The notes: a model not told the origin generated them from the sequence alone. Shown: positions 1 to 12,964, counted from the stretch's first letter. The stretch is DNA of 64,000 bases from Octopus sinensis (GCF_006345805.1 NC_043007.1:66092001-66156000); one strand, 5' to 3'. Translations and numbers: made by a program.

Positions 1-1630
1 ATGGTGGATGGAAAAGGCTCACAAAATTCAACAGCTATCTGATGCCAACGGTACACTGGGCTTCAAAGCAACTAAGGCCATTTTTGGTCTGTCGATGCAT
101 GGACAGGCCCATTCTCAAAAGCAAAGTTGCTAACACAATCTTTAAATCTAATATTGCTATCAGTGCCAGGTGGAAGGAACACTTTGAGGATTGGCTGAAT
201 GAACCTGTTACCTTTGACCAACATGTAGTAGACAACATCCCCAAAGAACCGGGGAACATTCCCTCAGCAAATCTCCAGCCCTAGATGAGGTCAAGGAAAC
301 CATCAAAGGCTTAAAAAGTAACAAAGTTGCAGGACCATGTGGAATACTAGATGAATACAAATCAGAACGGAATTTGATTCATTACCAACTCTATCAGCTC
401 CTGACCAAAATTTGGATAAAAGAGGAAAATCAATCCGACCTCAAAGATTCAAATATTGTTACCAACAAGAAGAAAGAAGATAGTTCAAACTGTGAAAACT
501 CTCTGGGAATAGCTCTGTTACCAACAGCAGGAAAGACCTTTGCCTGTATATTAAACAATAGACTGGAACCAATCGCTGAGAAAATCTTTTCAGGGTTGTA
601 AACTAGATTCAGAGAATCACGCGGAATGATAGATATGATGTTCGTCATACAACTGCAAGAGTAATGCAGTGAACAGCTTCAACCTTTTCACATGGAATTT
701 ACTTATCTTACTAAGGCCTTCGACTCAGTTTCGAGAGAATTCTGTGGAACATCTTATCCATCTACGGATGCCCTGGATCTTTCAGGCTTCTTCACGACAA
801 CATACATGCGAGAGTTCTTGTCATCAACAGTGACTCTGAACCATTTCAATTAAGAAATTTTGAGTGAAATATGGCTGCCTCATAGCTCCCACAGTTCGCA
901 CCGTCTTAATTCCTATCATCATTGAAATCCTCAAGGTGATCTCCCACCAAGAATTAAAACAGTTCATCGAGCTGCTGTCAAGCTTTTCGATCTTGTCTGA
1001 CTGAAGTCCAAAATCAAAATCTCGATCTCCTCCATCATCGAGTTTCAATATTCTGACGACATCAGCATCCGAAGAAAATTTGCAACAGACTCTCAACGCT
1101 TTCCATCAAAGTTACAGAAAACTTGAACTCACCATCAATTGCAAGAAGACACAAGTCATTTTCCAAACATCTTCCAAACATCTTCCAAACATCTTCCAAA
1201 CGGAATATTTTCTCCAAGACAAAGTACAGTCAATGGCTTTGTTATTAGTTCGAATATACCCCAAACATGTTTGAAATAAGAAGAAGTTTCTATTCATATA
1301 CATAATAGCTAGCCGTGGACTAACGCAACCAGTCACAGTATGATGACACGATGACGAGAATATAAGAGATATCAGTTCACAGCGTTACTCTTCCTGGTAT
1401 CTAATTCTGAAGAGTAGAGAACCGCTCCGAAATGTACGCATACACCAATCAGGTTATGGAGAGCTGCGGATTGAGTTGATGTGTTTACACATTTGTCTAC
1501 AGCAAGAAATATTCTCCATGATAAAGTACAGTGAATGAGTTTATTAAGGGCATACATTTTCTCCAATTAGCAGCCGCCGTGAGGCTGCAGTGTTTACATC
1601 GCGACATAGCTGGACCCAGCACAAGAATGC
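1..1630 (+). mobile_element. Decayed RTE-clade non-LTR retrotransposon (RT region), continuing off the window start
   Basis: Broken frames carry RTE-type motifs: RWKEHFEDWLNEP, LDEVKETIKGLKSNKVAGP, GIALLPTAGKTFACILNNRL, TKAFDSVSRE, LTINCKKTQV. Many stops and frameshifts. Followed by a (TAG)n tract near 1641-1662. Confidence 0.85.
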
Positions 1631-1854
1631 CAGGAAGATAGTAGTAGTAGTAGTAGTAGTAGTACGGAAAAATGAAGAAGACGACGACGATGAAGGATCC
1701 AGGTGAATACAAAAAACTAAACTTTTAGAAGATAAAGGAAAGGGAAAGAAAGAATTGAGAAACAAAACACATGAAGCATTTGTGGCCAGAATACATTGAC
1801 AATGAAGTGAAAGACAAATGAATTAGGTGGGTCAGAAGGGGGGGGACCCCGACG

Positions 1855-2400
1855 ATGACGACGACGACGAAGATGATGATGATGATGATGATGATGATGA
1901 CGAAGATGATGATGATGATGATGATGATAATGATGATGATGATGATGATGATGACGATGATGATGATGATGATGATGATAGTGATGATGATGATGATGAT
2001 AGTGATGATGATGATGATGATGATGATAATGATGATGATGATGAATGCGGAGATGAGGATGATGACGATGTCAGCGACGTCGACGACGGTAATGATGGTG
2101 ATGTAGTGGAGGAGCAGGTTGATCGCGACTACAACTTTGATGAGGACAATGAGGGAAAACACGATAACGACGACGACGATGACGATGATGACGATGATGA
2201 AGATGATTACGATGATGACGATGATGACGTCGATGATGATGATGATGACTACGACGACGACGATGATGATGATGATGGTGGTGGTGATGATGGTGATGAT
2301 GAAGGAAATGAAGAGAAGAAGAAGAAGAAGAAGAAGAAGAAGAAGAAGAAGAAGAAGAAGAAGAAGAAGAAGAGAAGAAGAGAAGAAGAAGGTAAGGAAG
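1855..2400. repeat. Compound (GAT/GAC)n then (GAA)n microsatellite
   Basis: Direct reading; source of the poly-D, poly-K and poly-M ORFs. Confidence 0.95.
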
Positions 2401-2514
2401 AAAAATAATTCAAGGAAAAGACGAAGATAAACAAATAAACAATGAAACTAAAAGAATGAAAAATAAGCAATGCTTAGAAGGAAAAGGGTAAAACGAGAGA
2501 AACACGGATAGAGG

Positions 2515-2546
<32 letters not shown>

Positions 2547-2989
2547 AAGAGAGAAAGGAGAGTCAGAAGCTGAGAGGAAATAGCCAAAAAGATGCAGACT
2601 TTGTCATCTGTGTTGTGGCATGATTAAATTTTGTGTCAATTCTTTAGCTGATATGCATTGATTTCCCCATGGACTAAGATACCAATTAAAACATGTCAAC
2701 TCGTCGGACCTGCTTATACTTCACATGGATTCTGCTGCTCCTGTTCAGGCTTCTTGTTGTTGTTGTTGTTGTTGTTGTTAGCGATGGTGGTGATGAGTGG
2801 TGGTGGTGGTGTGGTGGTGGTGGTCTGGTGGTGAAAGTGTTTTTACAGACATTGTTTTTTTTTTCTTTATTTATTTTCATCTTGTTCTACTCTGTTTCTT
2901 GGGTGTATATATTTATTTATTTATGTGCACACGTGTATTTTTTGTTGTTCGTTTAACCATATTTCCTTTACTACATTTGATACACACCA

Positions 2990-3047
2990 CACACACATGC
3001 AACTACATATTATATACACACACATGCATACACATATGCATATATAT

Positions 3048-3098
<51 letters not shown>

Positions 3099-3100
3099 GC

Positions 3101-3181
<81 letters not shown>

Positions 3182-3340
3182 ATATATATATATATGCATG
3201 CATATACATATGTACGTACATATATACATATAATATTTATATAGACATTATAGATATATAGATGCATATGTATATACATGTTTTTATTATTAACAAATGT
3301 ATGTATCTGTGTATCTATCTATGTATGTATGTATGTAAAA
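2990..3340. repeat. (TA)n/(CA)n/(TATG)n microsatellite block
   Basis: Direct reading. Confidence 0.95.
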
Positions 3341-3614
3341 TTCGTTTGATTTCCTTCTCACATTTCTTTAGTTTTTATTCTTATGGTTTTTGTTGTTGTT
3401 GTGGTTGCGATTGTTATTTTGTTCATTGTCACTGACATCAACATCCTCATTGCCAACATCAATAATATTATATTCGTCTTATTACTCGTCGTCGTCGTCC
3501 TCTTCCTCCTCCTCCTCCTCCCTGTCATCATCATCATTACAATCAACTATAAATTTTCTCTTCAGCCACTCCTTTTTCACCCTTGTCTATACTTGCTCAT
3601 TATCAACCACCCTT

Positions 3615-3969
3615 ACACGCACACACACACATATATAGACACAAACATACGTATGTATGCGCATACACACATACACGCATGCACACACATATTTACATGT
3701 ATATATATATATACATGCATACACACACACACACACCACATACGTACACACATATATACATATACGCACATACTCACAAACATACACATATATGTATATA
3801 CATATACATCTCGAAGTCGATAAGGGTAAAACCTGTTCCTTTGTCATTTATTTAATTTCATATTACACTCTGTACTCGCCCAAAGCTTTATTCTGGAACA
3901 TATGTATACTGAATTGTAACATCATGTTATTAGCATCGCTACTCGTAAGCGAAAATTTAAAATATATAG

Positions 3970-4057
<88 letters not shown>

Positions 4058-4112
4058 TGTGTACGTATCTATGTATGGATGTATTTATATATGCATGTGC
4101 GTGTATGTGTGT
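3615..4112. repeat. (CA)n/(TA)n/(TG)n microsatellite block
   Basis: Direct reading. Confidence 0.9.
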
Positions 4113-4189
4113 AAACGTATGATAAAGTGAATACACGAGAAAAGCATGATAAAACACATTGCTATTATGCTAGCGATCAAACATTTATG

Positions 4190-4227
4190 TCTTTGACGTT
4201 TCATGCGGAAATTCTTCATCAGAAAGA
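4190..4227 (-). ncRNA. Minimal type I hammerhead-ribozyme-like motif (Penelope-associated type)
   Basis: Minus strand reads TCTTT-CTGATGA-AGAATTTCCGCAT-GAAA-C-GTC-AAAGA. Canonical core boxes, GUC triplet and a 5-bp stem I. Stem II is degenerate. Confidence 0.5.
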
Positions 4228-4624
4228 AAACAGAACGAGAGAAAAAGTTAGAAAAACAACGAAAAGGATAATATATTAGAAATAACTTTCTGTATCTTGG
4301 ATATTTATAGCTCTATCAACCTCTCTTTCTCGTGCTATTTATCTTACTTTCTCCTGATCTGACTTTTAATTCTTTACGCTTATCTAGTCGTGATTCTGTC
4401 TACCAATGTATTACAACCTCTTTCTCTGTGTCAAAGAGACAGACTCCACAGTAAACCCTCTACCTACTAGAAATAGCAACGAAATGAGCCCTTACTGTCT
4501 TAAAAATCAAAGTTGTGACTGCATAATGCAATTTTTGCATATTTCTGAAGAAAGTGAAGATAGTCACGACTGGGAATACTTTAAACGAGGCTAAAGGACA
4601 AATCTCTCTTTTTTTCTTGCATTC

Positions 4625-4712
4625 CACTAACCCCTCGACTATCGCGGGTGTTGCGTTCCAAACCTTCCCCGTCTCCGCAATAGGTGAAAACCCGCGAATA
4701 AACCGCGATAGT
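4625..4712 (+). mobile_element. Tigger/pogo-like terminal relic
   Basis: CACTAACCCCTCGACTATCGCGGGTGTTGCGTTCCAAACC...ATAGGTGAAAACCCGCGAA resembles Tigger termini (recalled). Perfect 10-bp inverted repeat ACTATCGCGG (4638-4647) / CCGCGATAGT (4703-4712). Confidence 0.45.
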
Positions 4713-5589
4713 TTCTTTATTGAACTTCTCAATCTATCTTCCTACCCTTTTTCCTTCCTTCCATCCTTCCTTCTTTTCTTTTCTTTTTTTCTTTTAGTTT
4801 TTCTTTTCTTTCTATCTTTGTCTCCCTTTGTTACTCTTCCCTTCTCCCTCTCAGCCACTCATTCTCCTTCCCTTTTCTCTCTTTGTGTGTGCCTCTCTCT
4901 TTCTCTCTCTCTCTCTCTCTCTGTAGATATATTTATCTTATAGTCCACACCACAAGGATTCTGTCATTTACCTTACTTGACACTGCTACCACTGCCACTT
5001 CCATCAAACACACACACACAAGTACACACGCACATACATACACACACACCTTACTCACTCTCTTTCTCTCCTCTTACCCCCACTAAATACATGCAGTTGT
5101 TTGGCTTCTTAAACCATTACAACCGTGTTCACCAATTTCTTCTCTTCCAGTATATGTATATGTGTGTGTATGCACGTATGTGTATGTATGTGCATATATG
5201 TAAGTATGTATATATATATGTCTGTATATACTTACACACATATAGAGGCACAGATGCATATACATACATACGTACACATGCATACGTATAAACGTGTATA
5301 AATACACCAAGCACATACACAAAAACATGGTAAGTTGTAAAAGAAAAGAGACCAAAACCTTCGCAGGTTTCATATACATCTTTGTTCTTTTTTCTCAAAA
5401 ACCGGCAAAGCAGATTCTTCCCCAAACCTTCCTGAACCTTTCTTACACAAACCAAGCACAGCCTAACCCGGGCAAACCAAACCAAACCAAAGCTAAGAAA
5501 ACTTCCTGATAGATGCCCTCCCGCTTCATAATCATCGCTACCACGCGTTTTTCTCCATGTTTCCTGACGTTGGCCCCTGTCCTTGCGTA

Positions 5590-5766
5590 TCTCTTCTTCT
5601 TCTTCTTCTTCTTCTTCTTCTTCTTCTTCTTCTTCTTCTTCTTCTTCTCTTCTTCTTCTTCTTCTTCTTCTTCTTCTTCTTCTTCTTCTTCTTCTCTTCT
5701 TCTTCTTTCTTCTTCTTCTTTCTTCTTCTTCTTTATAAATATATACATACATATACACATATAAAC

Positions 5767-5848
<82 letters not shown>

Positions 5849-5893
5849 TATATACATATATATGTATATATATACATATATATATATGCATAC

Positions 5894-5931
<38 letters not shown>

Positions 5932-5980
5932 GTATAGGTATATGTATGTATGCACACACACACACACATACACACACATA
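5590..5980. repeat. (TTC)n followed by (TA)n/(CATA)n/(CA)n microsatellites
   Basis: Direct reading. Confidence 0.95.
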
Positions 5981-6337
5981 CGTATGACCTTTCCTTTTTC
6001 TAGCTTTCTCTCACATTCAATCCTCCTTCTTTCTTTCTTTCTATTTTTTCAATGTTTAGTTTTACTTTCGCTTTCCATTATAGCTATCATTTAGTATTCG
6101 CTCTTTTACTGCTTTATCTTTCCTTATTCACACTTGACCCAACCCGCTGCACCCAACTCCCATCACACCCCATCACATCCTTCCAACCCTTTCACACTAT
6201 CCCTCACCATCTTCTCCTCCCACAAACTGCCATACAGTTTTTCCCCTCATTATTGCTTTAGTTCCTATTTTATCCCATTCTTTGTTATATGCTTCGTTTT
6301 CCTTTTTTCCCCCATTTTCGTTTCGGCCTTCCCTATA

Positions 6338-6361
6338 TCATCATCATCATCATCATCATCA

Positions 6362-6413
<52 letters not shown>

Positions 6414-6436
6414 GGTGGTGGTGGTGGTGGTGGTGG
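6338..6436. repeat. (TCA)n-(TTA)n-(TGG)n compound microsatellite
   Basis: Direct reading. Confidence 0.95.
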
Positions 6437-7221
6437 TAGTGGCGTTAGTGATGGGAGGTTGGATCTTCGATGGAACGAGGTAATTGTGATGCTGATGGTG
6501 ATCGCGATTGCGATAGTGATGGCGATGGTGTAGAGTCGTATGGTTTTCTTTCCCCACCCCGCCGCCCATCTTTTTTTTATATATATATATTTTATTTCTT
6601 TTCTTTTTTCTTAAATACGCCATTTTCTTTTGACATAAAGTCCATTCCTTATTCTTCATTTCCTTTCATAAACAATCATTTCTTAATGTACTGAAGCGAG
6701 CCATACAAACTAAATCTAAGAAACAAGCCACCACCGCCACCAACTCTTCCATTACCACCACTACCGACATCACTGCCGCAATAACAAACAAAAAAGAAAA
6801 GAAAGAAAAAGAAGAAAACAAGCACGAGAGGTAGAAAATAAGCATCATGGTGTCTAGATGAATGGCTGATGCTGTCAGTGTAGACGGACTGGTTTAGCAA
6901 ATCGCCCCGTTTTATTATTTATTGGTGCACAATTTGAAGTTTATAGTTACTCAGTGAATTCAATGTTATTGTTGTTGTTGTTGATGTTGTTGTTGTTATC
7001 ATTATTATCATTATTATTATGGTATTTGTGATTGTGTTGCCTTTTATTTTTTTTGTTTTTGCTTTCCTAAGTTTGTTGTTTTTGTTTTTGATCTTTGTTG
7101 CGTAATATGTTTGTTTGTTACAGGTTTCTGTAACAAAATAGGTACCAAAGGCCAATTATGTTACACACGCACACACACACGCATATATATATATAGATAT
7201 ATATATATATATATATATATA

Positions 7222-7616
7222 TTACTCTTTACTTGTTTCAGTCATTTGACTGTGGCCATGCTGGATCACCGCCTTTACTCGAGCAAATCAACCCCGGGAC
7301 TTATTCTGTGTAAGCCTGATACTTATTCTATCAGTCCCTTTTGCCCAACCGTTAAGTGACGCGGACATAAACACACCAACATCGGTTGTCAAGCAATGCT
7401 AGGGGGACAAACCCAGACACACAAACATATATACATATATACGACGGGCTTCTTTCAGTTTCCAAATCTACCAAATCTACCAAATCCACTCACAATGCTT
7501 TGGTCAGACCAAGGCTATAGTAGAAGACACTTGCCCAAGATGCCTCCAGTGGGACTGAACCCGGAACCATGTAGTTGGTAAGCAAGCTACTTACCACACA
7601 ACCACTCCTGCGCCTG

Positions 7617-7617
<1 letters not shown>
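7222..7617 (-). mobile_element. tRNA-derived SINE family B (CORE-like body), near full length
   Basis: Minus strand: head GGCGCAGGAGTGGTTGTGTGGTAAG (A-box-like), GGTTCAGTCCC (B-box-like), then CTTGGGCAAGTGTCTTCTACTATAGCC. Homologous copies at about 32180, 33800, 35510, 44587 and 45176. Confidence 0.8.
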
Positions 7618-7648
<31 letters not shown>

Positions 7649-7789
7649 CGTGCGCGCGCGCGTGTGTGTAAGCATATATGTGTGCGTGTGTGTATGTATG
7701 TATGTATGTATGTATGTACGTATGTATGTATGTAGGTAGGTAGGTATGCATGTATCACTGCATCAACCAGACTATCGTTATATTCTTTT

Positions 7790-7968
7790 CTCCTTGGGGG
7801 AGGAGGCCAGTCGATTAAATCGAATCCAGTGCGCAACAGGTACTTAATTTATCGACCCTGAAAGATGAAAGGCAAAGTCGACCTCGGCGGAATTTGAACT
7901 CAGAACTTAAAGATAGATGAAATACTGCTAAGCATTTTGCTCGGCGTGCTAACCTTTCTGCCACTGGT
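7790..7968 (-). mobile_element. tRNA-derived SINE family A
   Basis: Minus strand: TGGCAGAAAGGTTAGCAC head, GAGTTCAAATTCC B box, central TTGCCTTTCATCTTTCAGGGTCGATAAATTAAGTACC (resembles the Meta/MESC SINE domain, recalled). More than 30 related copies in the window. Confidence 0.85.
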
Positions 7969-8039
7969 CACAACGCGCTTCTTCGCATTGTTGTAGTTTT
8001 TGAATGGTGCTGCCTCTCGCACCAGGTGAGCGGGTGAAC

Positions 8040-8228
8040 TCGCCTCCTGATCGCGACGTCAGTCCGTAGTACGTTTACCCGTTCATAGCTGAGTGGCCTG
8101 GAACAACGTGAAATGAAATGTTTTGCTCTTGGGCACAACGCCTCTCCCGCTTTGGGAATCGAAACCACAATCTTGCAATTGTGAATGCAACATTCGAACC
8201 CCTAAACCACTAGGCCACGTGACTTCAC
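8040..8228 (-). mobile_element. tRNA-derived SINE family C
   Basis: Minus strand: GTGGCCTAGTGGTTTAGG (A box), GGTTTCGATTCCC (B box), TTCATTTCACGTTGTTCCAGGCCACTCAGCT. Homologous to 46609-46834. Confidence 0.7.
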
Positions 8229-9559
8229 ACACACAATACATACATAGACAAACACACATACACGCGCGCGCGTGTGTGTGTGTGTGTGTGTGTTTGTGTG
8301 AGAGAGATACAGAGTCGATTGAAATGTCCATGTTTAATTACTGATAGTTACATTAAGAATATTCAATTCAGTTTGGTTTGTACTCACAAGTAGCCCCCAC
8401 CACTACTACTCCCACCACCCTAACAAAACAACAAGAATGATAATTACAGTAAATTAAATAAATTCAGTCATGCAATATAACACGTTGTAGAGGCATTGAG
8501 TTTACTTTAGATACAAAGAAAATGACGAAAAATATTATTAATTAATAATAAAATCATATACATTAATTTATTAGATAAACGTATGATCGTACTGTTCATA
8601 CTGTTTCCGGTAAAATATTTCCTGCACGAATTACTATGGATTAAGTTATTTAGTTACTGTATATATTTAATTGAAAGTGACGTAAGACAAAATTGGGCTC
8701 ATCAAAACCTGGATTTAGAAGCACGGTCAAGACCTATAATCCGGAATTCTGCACTTTGTTGCAAATTGCTTCCTTTTTCTTTTATCGTCTGACATACTTC
8801 TTGTTCATGGTTAGTAACCTGATCAGCTCTGTAAGAAGAGGCCTAATACCAAAATCATATCAGCCGCTGATTTCACATTATCCAATCTGTCTTTCTATTT
8901 TTTTAAGAATGCAAAGTGTGTATCATTATAAACATTTGGCTCTAATAACACTGCGTACACGTTACCCTAAATACTAAATCTAAATGTTTTGAGAATTTTT
9001 TTGTTGTTTCATATCTGCTCGGATTTTTGCCGTAAGCACTATTCTTTGTTCAGACAGTCGCTCTGATTTTTGATGAACAAGATAATTATTATAAGCAGGT
9101 TTTAATCAATCAGGATAATGTGCCGATGGGAATCAAGCCTGTCGAAATTGATATTTCCCTCTGTAACACCGTCATGATAATTTTATTGATATTTTAGTCT
9201 GGAGGGTAGGTAATGCCCATGATCCATCACAAAGCCTCGTAGCCTGGTTGATAGAAAATCAGAGGGTGTCCTTAAAGTAAAAATGAAACCAAACCCGAAT
9301 TTTTGTAGCAGGGTGGACTTTGCTAAAGATACTCATGGTACCTAGTGATAATGAAAAGTCTGTGGTAAGTTTAAAGTAGAAGTTTTTTCCACAAATAATC
9401 TATCACAGATTACGACATCGGTTTATACATGAGTCAACTAAGAAGCCGTGACCTGCTAGAAATTACAGCAAGATCATACTAAAATAAAACACTGTCGTCT
9501 TACAAAAGGGGTACTTATTTTAAGTATAGATAACCAAGGACTTTGGGATGGTGTCATGA

Positions 9560-9976
9560 CGTCATGATGTCGTGACATGCGCGTGAATTGGATTATAGTG
9601 AGGGTGACTTGCGCAGGATCAGCCTCACTCTCTCGTCCTGGTGCGCCGGATCCAGTGGCAAGACAAAGTCAAGACGACTGGGGGTAGACCAAGATGCAGG
9701 AGCTGCCGGAAGGTGGCACGCATGGCGCAATCCAACCGCCTTAGGGGCTCCACTCCGGATTTTGGATGGCCATTGACTCATGAGAGAGTTCCTCTGCCCT
9801 TTGACAGGTTTTGTTTTTAGTCCTGCTGGGTGTCCAAATCACCCTCCTCACTAAGAAATCTTGGTGGGGTTGCCAGTTTAGTTGCCAACGACCCGACCAT
9901 GTAACAGGTTGTACTGGGTTACATGTTACCAGTAGCTCCATGCGGAGACCTGACATAAATTAGTCCGGGTGCCAGT
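9560..9976 (-). mobile_element. GC-rich unique block, possibly the 5' region of a LINE
   Basis: Sharp GC rise relative to the flanks with no recognisable ORF. The resemblance to RTE-type 5' UTRs is from memory only. Confidence 0.25.
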
Positions 9977-10002
9977 AATTCGAATACTAATATTGGTATC
10001 GC

Positions 10003-10211
10003 GTGAAGGTGGTGAGACGGCAAAATGCTTAACGGCATTTCATCCCTTGTTACGTCCTGATTTCAAATTCCACCGAGGTCAACTTTGCCTTTCATCCCTT
10101 CGGGGTCGATAAAATAAGTACCAGTTGAACTCTGGATTCAATGTAACCAACTTATCCCCTTCTCCGAAACTTCTGGCCTTGTGTCAGAAATTCGAATACT
10201 AATATTGGTAT
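10003..10211 (+). mobile_element. SINE family A copy flanked by a 23-bp direct repeat
   Basis: TTTCAAATTCCACCGAGGTCAACTTTGCCTTTCATCCCTTCGGGGTCGATAAAATAAGTACC. AATTCGAATACTAATATTGGTAT occurs at 9977-9999 and 10189-10211. Confidence 0.8.
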
Positions 10212-10654
10212 TGCCTTATGTCCAAAACCAAAGCATCAGTTTTTCAAAGGCTCAGACCATCGTCCTGTAAATGCTGTACGTCCCTTTTGGCAATGCAGTA
10301 AACATTCACAAATCCAAAACTATATTTAACCTCCGCTACGGTTAGTCTGAAGACAGGTGTGGCTTTCTGCATTGGCTTGCTCTACATACGCCTCACAAAA
10401 CAAAAATGTTTCACCTGTTGAGAAGACACACATATGCAATGAAATGTACTGTTCCACTTTATTTGCTTCAAATATGGTCTCTACTACATTTAATGGTTAA
10501 AGACTGTCGTTTTATAGATAATTTGTGTTCATTCTTAATTTAGCAAATACAAAAAGTTTTTGTGTTAAGTACGATGTAAAGATAAAATCAAGATAGTTTG
10601 CGGTTGTTCAAACTTTGCGCATAATATGTCCATCTAAAACGATGCTAGAAGTTA

Positions 10655-11375
10655 GCTTGATTTGATGATAGTGTTGGCTTCACGTGTGTGTTGGCTTGAT
10701 GATAATGACGACTTACAGATAGTCTTCGCTTTATTATAATGTTGACTTTAGGAGATCTTTGACTTGATGAGCGAACTGGTTTGATGATAATATTGACTTC
10801 ATGATAGCTTTGGTTTCATGATATTCCTATTTGGATGAAAATGTTTGTATGTTAATAATGTTGATTTAATGATCGTGTTAGTTTCATAGTGTTGCTTATC
10901 ACCAAGCCAAGACTGTTGTGAAGCATGCTCTGTGGTTGAGAAAGGCTCTCATGAGGCCAATACTATCATTAAGCCATCTCTCTCTTCAAACCAATTTTTT
11001 TATCAAACCATCACTCTCATCAATATAATGTTCTTATGAAGCCAATGATATCATGAAACAAACACTACCATGAAGCCAGCACTACCATAAAGCCAACACA
11101 ATCAAGTCAAAATTGCCGCCAAACGACGCTATCATATAAAGCCAGTGCTATAATGCAGCTAATACTATCAACTTCACGCTGTCATCAATCCAGTATCATG
11201 AATCCATAACTCTCATGAAGCCACCACTATCACCGAGCAAGCATTGTCACGAAGCCAACAGTATCATCAGATCAAAACTATCATGAAGCTGATGATAGAG
11301 TTGGCTTCATGAAAGTGTTAGTCAGTTGACAATGTTGATTTCACGATAGTTTTGGGTTCATGATAGCGTTGGGTT
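10655..11375. repeat. Degenerate ~17-bp minisatellite (consensus TGATAGTGTTGGCTTCA) in three blocks of alternating orientation
   Basis: Forward units about 10655-10895, reverse units (TGAAGCCAACACTATCA) about 10900-11288, forward again about 11289-11375. Confidence 0.8.
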
Positions 11376-11384
11376 GAGCTTTTT

Positions 11385-11900
11385 CAATTCCTGCAATGTT
11401 AAACAAGTAGTCTTCGTATCTGAACAACATATTTTACATTGTAGATTAGGGATGAAGTAACTACAGACTGATGCAGAATGTGTTTCATCTGTTGTTTTAA
11501 GATTTTTGTGCCTGAAGCCATGTTTTAATTTCAACATGGTCGGTATGAATCCTGTTTGCCACGCTCTTCTTGGGGTTGATTTGTATGAATTTAAGACTTG
11601 CAAAGTAGAGAAAAAGATCCATCTATTCCAGTAAGGTGTTCAAGCTGTTGTTATTGAAATCTGGTATGATTATTCCTGCAGCAGCTTGTTTGAACTCTTT
11701 GGTTTTCTGGATCTTGATTATCATACCAATCCCATCATATACGTTCTTGAAGTTGTTAACCGACTGTTACATATTCCTGTGTGTGTTATCGAAACATTAT
11801 TACCCGGTTATTGCAGCTGTGTGATGCAAATGATATTGTACCATCTTCGCGAGTTTGAAAAGTCCTCCTTTAGCGCGCTACATGATCTCCACTTTCAACT
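11385..11900 (-). mobile_element. Decayed RTE-type RT C-terminal fragment
   Basis: Minus frame with stops: VNNFKNVYDGIGMIIKIQKTKEFKQ...LE*MDLFLYFASL...VANRI...MLFRYEDY. Matches the GLxINxxKTKV / LExVDxFxYLGS / LLYGxExW pattern. Confidence 0.55.
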
Positions 11901-12149
11901 ATTCTGTTGTTGATAGTCCATGAAGCATGACTGCCAAGTACGGGAGAAAAGATATTGGAACTATTACACAACGTACATTCAGTCCGTTAGTGACCAGAAA
12001 CCCTTCAGTGATGTTGTTTTGAGAAGATATATGAAGAAAGGACGTAAATAATGTTTGTAAGGTAAGGGAGAATCTGGCTGATAAGCAAGACGAACGATTT
12101 CGGGATCAAAATGATGAAATGGCTCCCGCGACGATAATGATGCATGAAT

Positions 12150-12337
12150 ATCGGTTCTAAATTTTGGGACAAGGCTAGCAATTTCAGACCCCACTGCTCA
12201 ACTGTTACTCATTTTAGCGCTCCCGAAAGGATGAAAGGCAAAGTCGACCTAAGCGGAATTTGAACACAGAACGTAAAGAAACTAAATGCCGCTAAGCATT
12301 TTGCCAAGCGTGCAAACGATTCTGCCAGCTCATCGCT
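12150..12337 (-). mobile_element. SINE family A copy
   Basis: CCCGAAAGGATGAAAGGCAAAGTCGACC...GAATTTGAAC...GATTCTGCCAGCTC on the plus strand. Confidence 0.8.
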
Positions 12338-12930
12338 TTTAATGTATGAATATTATTATTGCGTAATATGTACACTTATCCAGCTCACTTCACTCATTGT
12401 GAATATTTTTATGGCAATAATAAGTGTATATTACCAATCAATTATCAATTTTTTAATAACCATATTAAACCTGATCTATACTTTTATGTAATTACATTAC
12501 GAAATTACTTTGGTATTCCATCCGTATGGAAGACAATAGCTAACGAAGTACTAACACTTTAATGCTGTTTGAAAAGAAAATACGTTTGTGCTTCCTGAAG
12601 CGATTCAGTTAAACGGAAATTGGTTTTATCGTACTTACAAAAGATCTCATCAAATTAATATTAATACTCAAATTGATGTTTAAGATTAAATGCCTTCTAT
12701 AATAGCTCAAGACAGCCCAAAGCATTGTCAGGGAAATTGGTAGACGGAAACTGTACGGAAACACGTCATATGTATTATATATAGTAAATACATAGTCTGA
12801 CGCATCGTCTTTACAGTTAAGCGCTTTATAGGTGCGAAACCAATGATTTCGGCCATAAATTTTGTCTTCTTAAAATATATATAAAAATATATAATATATA
12901 TGTGTGTATGTTTCTGTGTGTGTGTCTGTA

Positions 12931-12964
<34 letters not shown>

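Noticed and set aside
1827-2408. 193-aa poly-Asp/poly-Lys ORF
   Set aside because: It is a translation of (GAT)n and (GAA)n microsatellites. Overlapping frames on both strands are equally open, and there is no splice or domain evidence.
4406-4594. 62-aa ORF ending SEESEDSHDWEYFKRG after a polypyrimidine tract
   Set aside because: The nearest acceptor does not give a consistent open frame into it, and no domain is recognisable.
8560-9280. Faint RT-like words on the minus strand (GVTEGNI, AADMILV)
   Set aside because: Too degenerate to call without a profile search.
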